A stretch of DNA of 64,000 bases from Squalus acanthias (lineage: Eukaryota). The stretch is taken from assembly GCA_030390025.1 (NCBI GenBank), contig JASTWF010000070.1, positions 930,001-994,000 on the forward strand, read 5' to 3'. The notes under the pieces were generated by a model that had not been told where the DNA came from, ran no database searches, and saw only the letters and a list, made by a program, of their open reading frames with translations. Below are positions 49,535 to 61,670 of this stretch, one piece after another. Positions within the stretch are counted from its first letter, which is position 1. Each line of letters opens with the position of its first letter. The translations under genes were made by a program, and so were the position numbers.

Positions 49535-50176
49535 TTATTGCAAGGGGGTTGGAGTATAAAAGCAGGGAACTCCTGCTACAACTGTACAGGATATTGTTGA
49601 GACCACACCCTGAGTACTGCGTACAGTTTTGGTCTCCTTAGTTAAGGAAGGATATACTTTCATTGGAGGCTGTTCAGAGACGATTCACTAGGTTAATTCC
49701 AGAGATGAGGGGGTTGACTTATGAGGAAAGGTTGAGCAGATTGGGCCTATACTCATTGGAATTTAGAAGAATGAGAGGGGATCTTATTGAAACATCTAAG
49801 ATATTGAGGGGGCTCGACAAGGTAGATGCAGAGAGAATGTTTCCCCTCGTGGGGAAATCTAGAACACGGGGGCATAGTTTCAGAATAAAGGTTCGCCCTT
49901 TTAGAACTGAGATGAGGAGGAATTTCTTCTCTCAGATTGTCGTAAATCATTGGAATTCTCTTCCCCAGACAGCCGTGGAGGCTGGGTCATTAAATAAATT
50001 TAAGGTGGAGATAGACAGATTTTTACAAGATAAGGGAGTCAAGGGTTATGGGGAGTGGACAGGGAAGTGGCTTTGAGCCCAAGATCAGCCATGATCTTAT
50101 TGAATGGCAGAGCAGGCTCGAGGGGCCAAGTGGCCTATTCCTGCTCCTATTTCTTAACTTCCTATGTTCTTATGTC
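49535..50176 (+). mobile_element. CR1 LINE 3' fragment specific to copy 2
   Basis: ORF 49663-50076; empty site at ~4940 in copy 1. Confidence 0.88.
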
Positions 50177-53100
50177 CTGAATTAAGATACTTTTAGTGGC
50201 GATATCCTCTGTCTGAGAAGCGAGATGCTTAATCATTTACAGACTAAGAACACAACAGGAGAGATTCGCGGACAGAGATGCGGGGAATTGTGCCTGGTTC
50301 AATTTGACCTTTGGGGTAGTGTGTTTTGCTATATGTAGTAATGTCAAAACTACATGTCAGAGACAGATGGTGAGTGCAGCGTGGCTTGGGAGGAATGGGT
50401 GATATTGGACCTGTGGTTTTCTAAAGCTCTCCACCACTGGGGTTTGCTTACGTCAGGTCTGGGTCTGTTGTGGACTCGTGGGTAGGGATGGATTGCCATG
50501 ACAACCCCATTATCATTGTATCATGCGACCACCAGGATGGTAGAAGGTGAACTCGGTGGACCTTGGCCTTTTTCCGTCTAGCAATTCCTATGTTCAAGAT
50601 CCCAGGTATGCACAGTATTGGGCGAGAATATTCAACCAGAGACAGGATTGCACCATAGGTGGTTATATTGCTTTATCCATCAGAGTCAGATCAGTCTAAG
50701 TATTCCCCTGCTGATTAGTTTGGAATTAGCATGTACAACCGAATGAGATCCAAGAGCAGCAAAAACTGTTCCTGGCAAAGACCCTTTCAAATCCATCTCC
50801 CAGTATCTGTCCAATAAATCATATGAGGATTTGAATAAATTCCTAACAACCGTGTTCTTCTTAATGTTAGTTTATACTGTAGGGTTCTATAAAGCAGATC
50901 TAAGTTCACCAGGACGATACCGGGGCAAAGAGGGTTACATTCTAAGAACAAGTTGCATAGAGTAGGCTTGTATTATTTTGAGTTTAGAAGATTAAGGTGA
51001 ACTAATTGAGATGTTAAAGATGATTAAAGGATTCGATAGGGTAGATAGAGAGAAACTATTTCCTCTGGTGGGGAGAGTCCAGAACAAGAGGGCAGGATCT
51101 TAAAATGAGAGCCAGGTCGTTCAGGGGTGATGTCAGATGCACATCTTCACACAAAACCTAGTGGAAATCTAGAACTCTCTCATCCAAAAAGTTGTTGAGG
51201 CTGGGGGTCAATTGGAAATATCAAAACTCAGGTTGATAAATTTTTGTTGGGTAAGGGTATTAAAGGTTACGGAAACAAGGCGGGTAAATGGAGTTAAGAT
51301 ACAGATCAGCCGCGATCTAATTGAATGGTGGATCAGTCTCCAAAGGCTGAATGGCCTCCTCCTGTTCCAATGTTCCTGTCGCAAGTAGGATAATTAGTTC
51401 GGACGACTAAAAGGCAAGTTGAAGACTGATTTTTGGAGGTTCATCACACAAAGAGTGATCAGCACATGGAATGGTCCTCTTGGTGGGGTGGTGTGAATGA
51501 AAACCCCTGGAGTCATTTAGGAAACAGTTTGGCTGCCCTGATGGGCGAGAAGGTCAGAACCTTTCTGGATTCCTGAGCTAAGTTTGGCAGAATGGCTTTT
51601 TTCACCTGCAGTGATCTTGTGACAAGTGTCTCCAAATACGCTTTGCAATAACTGTGCAGAATATTTTGACAGCAGAATATTGTTAATTTCGGCTAGTTTC
51701 TATCCCCTCGGTACATGAATTACAAGAGATTCTCGATGAGATCAGAGCCTAATAAACAGCTCCATTATCCATTAATCACCACACCAACGGCCTCATACCC
51801 AGCTTTTAAATGTGTATGAAATCGAAGGTGTGCCCGAAAAATATCACAGCATCTCAGCGAAACAGCCTTTGAATTTTACTCTTGTATTTGACAGATTTCC
51901 TAATGTGAAGAGCGTATTGTGTTACCGCTGCGAATTATTAGCATCACCAGCAAAACGCTTTCAGTCACAGCCGAAGGGTTCTGCTTTACAAAGTTACGAA
52001 GTGTTCACAGCACAGAAACAGGCCATTCGGCCCCACTGGTCCGTGCCGGGGTTTCTGCTCCACACCAGCCTCCTCCCACCCCCCTTCATCTCACCCCATC
52101 AGCATAGCCTTCTATTCCTTTCTCCCTCATGTGTTTATCAAGCTTCCCCTTAAATGCATCTATGCTATTCGCCTCAACCACTCCCTGTGGCAGCGAGTTC
52201 CACATTCTCACCACTGTCTGGGTAAAGAGGTTTCTGCTGAATTCCTTATTGGATTTATTAGTGACTATCTTATATTTATGGCCCCTAGTTCTGGTCACTT
52301 CACAAGTCAAAACAACTTCTCTTCCTATCAAACCCTTTCATAATCTTAAAGGCCTCGATCATGTCACCCCTCAGCCTTCCCTTTTCAGGAGAAAAGAGCC
52401 CCAGCCTGTTCAATCTTTCCTGATGTGTATAACCTCTCAGTTCTGTATCATCCGTGTACATCTTTTTTGCACCTTCTCCAGTGCCTCTATATCCTTTTTA
52501 TAATATGGAGACCAGAAGTGTGCACAGTGTTCCAAGTGTGGTCTAACCAAGGTTCGATACAAGTTCAACATATCTTCTCTGCTTTTCAATTCTATTCCTC
52601 TAGAAATGAAACCCAGTGCTTTGGTTGGCTTGTTTTAATGTCCTTGTTAACCTGTGTCGCTACTTTTAGTGATTTGTGTACCTGCACCCCAGATCCTCTA
52701 CCCCATATCAAAACGTATTTTCTGAGAACTAATAGAAACTAATAGTGGGTAAAAGCCACCATAAATTTGGTGACGAAATCACTTAACTGCATTATTAAAA
52801 AAGAGCAGATAGATTTAAAATAATCTACTTTCAATTATAAATGTGACAGAGTTCACTCGTAGGACAGAAGCAGAGAACGTTCGGGATCCAGTTACACAAG
52901 AACATAAAAAATAGTAGCAGGAGTCGGCCAAGCGGCCCCTCGAGCCTGCTCCGCCATTCAATAAGATCATTGCTGATTTTTTACCTCATCTCCACTTTCC
53001 TGCACTATCGCCATATCCCTTGATTTCCTTGGAGTCCAAAAATCTATCGATCTCTGTTTTGAATATACTCAACGACTGAGCCTCCACAGCCCTCTGGGGT

Positions 53101-54226
53101 AGAGAATTTCAAAGATTCACCATCCTCTGAGTGAAGAAATTTCTCCTCACCTCAGTCCTAAATGGCCGACCCCTTATTCTGAGACTGTGACCTCTTGTTC
53201 TGGACTCCAAAGCCAGGGGAAACATGCTCCCAGCATCTACCCTGTCAACCCCTGTAAGAATTTTGTATGTTTCAATGAGATCACCTCACATTCTTCTAAA
53301 CTCCAGCTTTAATATCAATGCAGCCTAAATCCGGAGGCAGTGCCTGAGCTGCCCAGTCGGTCCTGAGCCCCACTTTTGAACCGCATACATTTACTCTATA
53401 AATGTGCATTGTAAATCGGCGGTAGAGATACACTGAGCGCATCTGGACTGAACGATCAAAGGGCTGGAATCACAAACACAATGCTGGAGTTTGAAAAACC
53501 TGTTTTATTGCGTTTGTAACTCGGACACTGATGCATTGTAAAGATTATTTGAATTATATCGTGCTCACATACAAAGACGCGAAATGATTCTAAAAACGCC
53601 AATACAGGACAGGAGAAGCATGTCGAGATTGAACCGAAGCTGCAGGCGATGTGTCATCTTAAGAGTAGCGGACGATGTGTAAGAGAGAATTTAAATATGT
53701 TTAGAATTTCCGCTTTGGGCCGAAATTTGCCATTTGCAAAATGCGCTTGAATTTGCGCCGGTTCTATTCGGCGTTAAGACTGTGCAGTAGACGATACGCC
53801 GTTACTGCATTGATCAGTATGTCTTTCGAGTGAGTGTTAATTATTGATAAATGTGCATCAAGTCGGTAAGAGAACGTGAGATCGCCGCAGTGAGACATCA
53901 ATGAAGATAGCAATTGAACACTTTAGCTTCACGTCACTGCTTCCAATAGTCGGATTTCTGCCGTGCTTTGGGACTTGAACACGGCGTATCAAAGTCTCTC
54001 GGAAGGGTTCACACCTCAGGGCTCTACTGCGCTGGTTGGTCTTCTGAATGAGATTGCCAATTTCCTGTCAATGGATCCCAAATGCACGCGGAAGCGGCAC
54101 ACAATTGAGGAACTGCAGGCTTGAATTGTTACTGAGCAGCGTGTCGTACTGATCCCACAATGAGAGCAAAGCAGAGGGAACTTTCCACAACACGTCATAT
54201 CCGGCAGGCGCTCGCTTTCCTTTCCG

Positions 54227-57200
54227 TCAGAGGGTCGGAACCGCATTAAACGCCAGGTGCGCGTAAAGAGTCTATGAGAGAAAACATAAACCATTATCAT
54301 GGCCCACATCATCATCATACGAACAGAGGGACAGGAGGAGGCTGTTCAGCCCCTCGAGCCTGTTCCGACATTCAGTCAGATCATGGCTGATCTGTATCTT
54401 AACTCCATCTACCCGCCTTGGTTGCCTCACCCTTAATCCCCTTACCCAACAAGAATCTATCAAAAATCTCTCAGTTTTGGATATCCAATTGACCCCCAGC
54501 CTCGACAGCTTTATCGGGGAGAGATTTCCAGATTTCCATCACCCTTTGTGTGAAGAAGTACTTCCTGACATCACCGCTAAACGGCCTGGCTCTAATTTTA
54601 AGGTGATGCCCCCTTTGTTCTGGACTCCCCCCACCAGAGGAAATAGTTTCTGTCTATCTACCCCATCAAATCCTTTAAACATCTTAAACACCACCATTAG
54701 ATCACCCCTTAATATTCTATACTAGAAGGAATATAAGCCTAGTCTGTGCAACCTGTCCTCATAACTTGGCCCTTTTAGCCCCGGGTATCACTCTGGTGAA
54801 TCATCATTCTGTAACTTAAGATATCCAGATCTATATTTTTTAATCTACGTTCGCAGTTTTACATTAAAGGAAAACAGTGCTATCCTGCAGTGCTCACGAT
54901 GCAAAGTTTTATAGAATCATTAATTATGAATCTTAAACATTGGGTTAAAACCAGTGCAAGTTATCGACTTATGTTGAGCAAAAACAATTATTTTCATAAC
55001 TACCTCCTTGTCTTGTGCACGTGGTCTCGAATCCGTCAATTTCTGATCGCTGTTCGTGTTGCCTGATATAAAGAGAAACTCAATCTAAGTCTAAATGCAC
55101 ACATTTCACACTGAAAGGACCCACTAACATGTAATGAGCAAACAACACAATAAATGGATTGATTGGGAGCGCCGTGGAGTTGGAGCGCCTCCCGACAACC
55201 GCTACCTGACCGCCGGTTCCTGCAGCTCCTTCCCGCGGCGACAATAACCACCGGCAGAAGGAGAAGCGCCGCCGCCGAACTCCCGTAAAGCAGTAACCTG
55301 CAGCTGGTTTGTAGCGGGGGCTCTGAAGAAAGAAAAAAAACTTTATTTTTTTTAAAACCCGTAACCCGAGCCTTCTGGTTCTCGCAGAAGGTTCAAGGTG
55401 GCCCAACACCACCTTCTCAGGACCACTAGGGATGGACAATCTATGGCAGACTTACCAGCGTCACACACACCACGAGAACAAATTAAAAATGTTGCTGAAA
55501 ATCATTNNNNNNNNNNNNNNNNNNNNNNNNNNNNNNNNNNNNNNNNNNNNNNNNNNNNNNNNNNNNNNNNNNNNNNNNNNNNNNNNNNNNNNNNNNNNNN
55601 NNNNNNNNNNNNNNNNNNNNNNNNNNNNNNNNNNNNNNNNNNNNNNNNNNNNNNNNNNNNNNNNNNNNNNNNNNNNNNNNNNNNNNNNNNNNNNNNNNNN
55701 NNNNNNNNNNNNNNNNNNNAACCTATCGAAGGGTAGGGCACTGAAGGAGACTATAAGGCCCTCCATGTTTGTGCCGGCTCTTTGGTAGATGGATCCAAAA
55801 CCAATCCCATTACCCGGCTCTCCCTCCATATTCCTGTATCAATCCAAAACTAATCCCAAATCCCACTCTGTCCTTTGGAATGCACTAGTTACCACCCATC
55901 GCCGATCTGAGGAATACCCATTTACCCTATCCCCTTATTTCTTGTCTGTCATCTTACTTTCCATCCAGGCTGCCACATCTCCTTCACACCATACGTCTAT
56001 ATTGTTTCCCAACAGCCTTCTTGTGCGACACCTTTTCAAACGCCTCCTGGAATTCCATACACGTTACATCTACTGCAATCCCTTTAACTATCCAATCGGT
56101 CAATTCTACAAAAGCTCTATTAAATTAGTTAAACACGACTCCACTTTCACAAATCGGTGCTGGTTGTCCTTAACTAGCCCAGCCATTTAGAAATGCTCAC
56201 CACTTTCATTTCAAATTACGGATTCTAAGCGTTTGTCCGCAACTCATCTGATCTATGGTAGCCCAAGTGACACCTTTCTCCTCTCTTAGATGAAACGTTA
56301 GATTGAATCCGTTTGGGTCGGAAGAATAAGGAGGTCACATACTCCTTTGAAAATTAGTGTCTAAACGGAGTAGAGGATCAGTGGGATCTGGAGGTACAGA
56401 TACACAAATCACTAAAATTAGCGACGCAGGTTAATACGGCCATAAAAAAGCAAACCAAGAACTGGGGTTCATTTCTAGAGGGATAGAATTGAAACGCATT
56501 AAATAATGTTCAATTTCTATAGAACCTTGGTTAGACCACACTTGGAATACTGTGAACATTTCTGGGCTCCATATTATAAAGAGGATATAGAGACACTGGA
56601 GAAGATACAAAAAGATTTACTAGGATGATATCAGAATTGAGACATTGTACCTATCAGGAAAGATTGAATAGGCTGGGGCTCTTTTGTCTACAAAAGTGAA
56701 GACTGAGAGATGACCTGATAGAGGAATTTAGGTTATGAAAGGGCTTACAGAGGATTACATAGGATATATGGCACAAAAACAGGCCATTCGGTCCAACCAG
56801 TCCATGTCGTCGTTTATGCTCCACTCGAGCCTCCTCCCGTCTTTCCTCAACTAAATCTATCAGCTTGTCCCTCTATTCCCTTCTCCCTCATACGCTTAGC
56901 TCGCCTCCCCTTAAAATGCATCTATACTATTCGCTTCAGACACTCCCTGTGGTAGCGAGTTCCACATTCTCACCACTCTCTGGGTAAAGTTGTTTCTCCT
57001 GAATTACCTTTGGATTGCTTGGCGACTATCTTATATTGATGGCCTCTAGTTATGCTCTTCCCCAGAAATGGAAACATTCTCTCTCTATCTACTCTATCAA
57101 AACCTTTGATAGGGTAGACTTGGAGAAGTTGTTTCCCTTGTGGTGCGGGGGAGACCAGAACTAGACGCCATAAATATAAGATAGTCACTATTAAAGCCAA

Positions 57201-59206
57201 TTGGGAATCCTGGAGAAACTTCTTTACCCAGAGATTGGTGAGAATGTGGAACTCGCTACCACAGGGAGTGGTTGAGGCGAATAGTATAGATGCCTTTAAG
57301 GGGAAGTTCGATAAACAGATGAGGGAGAAAGGAATAGATGGATATTGATGGGTTTATAATGAAGTGGGATGGGAGGGGACTCGTGTGGAGCATATACACC
57401 GGCACGGACCTGTTGGGCCAAATGGTCTGTCTCTGTGCTGTACATACTGTGTAATACAGATACCTACATACAGGCATCGAGAGAGAAAGTGATAAACTGG
57501 AAATGGCATTATACTTTCCAATTTTACCCATGGACAGCTCAGACAGATTCCTTCTCTCCCAACATATAAGTATGGCTTAGCTGGAAAAATTGACTTTTAT
57601 AATTCAGAAAGCTCAACCCTGCAACATTGAGAGAGGTAAATGATTGGGTAATTCTACATGGACACGCAGAAAGGGAGTGACTTTGAATGTAAAAAGTGAT
57701 ATTGCTAACAATTAACTCTTACATCAGCATAGAAGATATTACTGAAGGGTCACTGCCACTAGTTACCTCTCTGAGATGAGACATTTTCACTGATCAGATC
57801 CCCAGTGGAGTTGATTGGAACGGCGCAAGTACAGACAGTGCCGCTGCTCCAAGTTTCCGCCGAGACGCTGATGTGACTCCTGACAGTATAGGTCCCGTCC
57901 TGATCTATTGTCCCGGAATCGCTCGGTTCCTCGGTAAACTGTCCGGAAACATTCCAGCGAATGGGAATGGAATCGGGAGACAGGCTTTTCACCAAACACA
58001 TCAATGGGACCCTTTCCAGCGAGGGAATTTCATCTGGCGGCGGAGCTAAGAGAAAGATTTCCGGAGACCCTGCGGAGTTTGGGGGGTTAAAATACCATTA
58101 ATATTCTACGTAAATTCGTCGTTATTTATGATAAAATGAGTGAAGCAATCGCAATTCTTACCTGCAATGAACAATTTCGAGCCGTTTCCGAATATCAAGG
58201 GCATTCCGCTAGATTTCTTAGCTGCGCAGTAATACACCCCCGCATCATTCCTCTGGACATCTTTCACAATCAGAGAGTAAATACTGGATTCGTTGTTAAC
58301 CTGTCCGGAAAATCTTCCTTCAGGCGGCATGTGCTTCCACACGGTGTAAACTAGCTGTAGATGCTCTCGGTGCTGTCGCTTATACCAAAGTACAGCTCTT
58401 GCTGCTAACCAACCCGTGTGACAATCCACCTTAAAGATACTTCCAACGGAGACAGTCTGAACCGGCGAATTCTGCCGGAAAACTTCCTGAGAGACAATAA
58501 CTGAGAGAAGAACATATTCACAAGAGGGTCTGTTACACGGCAGAAATAAACACCGCTTCCTAAAAAGAAACGGGTACAGTGTTAAACTGTGAATAGGACC
58601 ATCCGATCATTAATGATCATGGATCCTAATATCTAAATGAGTCAAAAGCTGGGGGTTAAAATTGAGCCAATGAAATGAAGGAAGGAAGAATGAAAGAAAG
58701 AATGAAAGAGAGAAAGAAAGAAAGCAAGAAAGAAAGAAGGAAATAAAGAAAGATCTTTACAGCCAATGAAATACCTTTTGAAGTGTAGTCACTGTTGTAA
58801 TGTAGGAAACGCGGCAGCCAAATTGCGCACAGCAAGCTTCCACAAACAGCAATGTGATAATGACCAGGTAATCTGTGATGTTGATTGAGTGATATAATAT
58901 TGGCCCCAGGATACCGGGGAGAACTCCCCAGCTCTCCTTCCAATAGTGGCCGTGGGATCTTTTACATCCACCTGAGAGGACAGACGGGACATCCGATAGA
59001 TGGAAAATATTGACATTTGGTCTAATTTAATTCGCCTGAGATAATCCAGTCCTTCAACAGGACACTAATATTAGAGAATAAAGCGCGCACTCTTCTACTT
59101 GTCTGACTAGCTCAATGATCTTACGCCGGAATTCCGCCATGAAGTTAATGCACATACACTGACCTGGAAAGAGATGGAACAGCGGGCAGGGAGTTAAGAA
59201 GCTCAT
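54227..59206 (-). CDS. Gene B copy 2 (complete): non-rearranging VJ-C1-TM receptor, 301 aa
   Basis: Exons 59164-59206, 58162-58500 ([24 protein letters not shown]), 57767-58069, 55206-55322 ([31 protein letters not shown]), 55004-55062 and 54227-54271 ([14 protein letters not shown]). All have the same lengths as in copy 1 and the frame is open. Confidence 0.87.
57767..58069 (-). CDS. Gene B copy 2 C1 exon
   Basis: ORF 57759-58004, extended in frame to the acceptor. Confidence 0.9.
58162..58500 (-). CDS. Gene B copy 2 VJ exon
   Basis: ORF 58106-58429; FGNG J motif; donor GTAAGA. Confidence 0.9.
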
Positions 59207-61399
59207 TGTCTGCGACCGAGGCGCTTGCTGTGAGCTGCACACTGAACACTTTGCTGGGATATCTTTGCGCTGGGCCCGGCTCGCAAGAGATGTGAAAGGC
59301 ACAGCTGCGGAAATTGCGTGCTTGCGTTTTAAAAATAGCAGGCCTGGAAAATACAGCGTAATGTCAAGACTGGCTGCGGGTTTCCTGTTGACACATTAAA
59401 CGCCCACGCACAGGTTTGCCTGCAAAGGGCAATACATTCCAATTCGTGTTAAACAGGCGTGAAAGGCGGCGTGCAGTGCAGGCTGATTAAACTGTGAACT
59501 GAAGGCAGGCAGCGCTGAATTGCAAGCACCGGATTGGTTGTGTCATTCGCGTGGGCGCGAGGAAATGATTATATCCCGAGTGTTGCTTCTTATTGGTCCA
59601 GAACGCATTCATTCATACACCCTTACTTGTACCAACAAAAATAGGCCAGATTGAAGAAAGGTGCAATCATCTGTTATTATACCAGCCGCGGCTCAGTGGG
59701 CAGCACTCTCGCCTCCGAGTCAGAAGGTCGTGGGTTCATGATTTCTCTCCAGAGACTTGAGCACAAAAATCTAGGCCGACACTCCAGTGCCAGTATTGGG
59801 ACGTGCTATAAGATGTGACAGTCTTTCTTTCTTTTACTATTTCACCCAGTATCTGAATGCCGCCTGTCTCTTTGTAGCAGGATTTGATTCTGTTACTTAT
59901 GCTGTGTCAGCCGTGGCTCAGTGGGTAGTGCTCTCGCTTCTGAGGCAGAAGATCAGAGTTTTGTTCAGGTCCCGCTCAAGAGACTGAGCGCCGCACTGTC
60001 GGAGGGGCAGAACTGAGGGAGCGCTGCACTGTCGGAGGGGCAGTACTGACGGAGCGCCGCACTGTCGGAGAGGCAGCACTGAGGGAGCGCTGCACTGTCG
60101 GAGGGGCAGTACTGAGGGAGCACCGCACTGTCGGAGGTGCCGACTTTCGGATGCAACGTTGAACCGAGGCTCCATCTGCCCTCTCAGGTGGATGTGAAAG
60201 ATCCCAGGGCCACTATTGGAAGAAGAGATGGGGTAGGTCTCCCCGGTGTCCTGGGCCAATATATATACCTCAATTAACATCAACAAAAGCGATGTCCTGA
60301 TGATTATCACATTGCTGTTTGTGGGAGCTTGCTGTGCAAAAATTCACAGCCGTAATCACTGCATTACAACAGTGACTACAGCTCAAAAGTACTTCATTTT
60401 CTGTAAAGCGCTTTGGGACGTCCTGAGGTCGTGAAAGGAGATTCTTAAAAGCAATTTCTATCTTTCGTTCTTTGGGACGTCCTGAGGTGGTGAAAGGCGC
60501 TATAGAAATGCAAGTTCTTCCTTACCTCTTGCCCCAGGTTTTACTCCGGCGTGTTATTAACCAAACCTCGCCGCTGGGTGAGCATCATTTATGGGCACTG
60601 AGTGCGATTTTTGCCGCGCTCCTGTTCTTATTTACACGCTCAGCCTCCTGGTTCCTGGATTCTGCGCCCCTCTCATCGCCGCTGCACCATAAGGCGCAAT
60701 TCACATCTTGATTGCGTCAATGTTTTGCAACACATTCTTGTTGTGTCAGATACTGTGTCTGAGCAATCAAATACTGCATTAATATTGAATACCTTGACTT
60801 TGATAAATATTGAAGCAAAGTTGCCAATATTATATTTGGTGTATCAAACAATAATGAGGTTTGAACCTTTGGTATTTTGCACATAGGTAGCTGATATTTT
60901 ACCCGTTGCATTCAAAAGCAATCAATTAAAAAGACTTGTGTCCATCGGAGTCCCTTGTAATGGGAGTGAGTGCGGGGAAGGGTCGCTCCCTTTGAATTCT
61001 ACACATGTAAAATGAGCAGCAAGAGGGTTTGTGTGTTCAGGTTCTATATAATTACAACGAATGGACAGTTTGTCAATTAAATTAGAGCCAGGCCGTTCAG
61101 GGGTGATGTCAGGAAGCAATTATTCACACAAAAGGTAGTGCCAATCTGGAACTCTCTCCCCGAAAAAGCTGTTGAGGCTGGGGGTCAATTGAAATCTCAA
61201 AACTGAGATTGATGGATTTTTGTTGGGTAAAGATATTAAGGGTCACGGAAACAAGGCGGTTCGCTGGATTTAAGATACAGATCAGCCATGATCTAATTGA
61301 GTTGAGGGACAGACACGAGGGGCTGAATGGCCTCCTACTGTTCCTATGTTCATGGACTTTAATCTTTGTATCAAACCTGTACGGAGTCGGCAAGAAAGT

Positions 61400-61670
61400 A
61401 AGAAAAGCCCAGTACTGCAATTTCAAAGTTTATTAGAAGGACACAGCCTCCTTACTGTGTTTTGTCAGTGGTGTTTCCTCGAACCGGAATGCTATTTTCT
61501 GGGATGTTTCCGGACGGGGTTACAGAGCGACGCACCGATTCCCGGTACAATAGACGCGGACGGGACCTACGGTAACAGAAGTCACATCAGTGTCTCGGTG
61601 CAAGCTTGGAGCAGCGGCGCTGTCTGTAATTTGTGCTGTTCCACTAGACTTCCCCAGCTAAAATATGGAG
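61400..61670 (+). pseudogene. Degenerate C1 exon, duplicate of 18470-18730
   Basis: Same sequence with the same frameshift pattern (GTIDADGTYGNRSHISVSVQAWSSGAVC). Confidence 0.8.
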
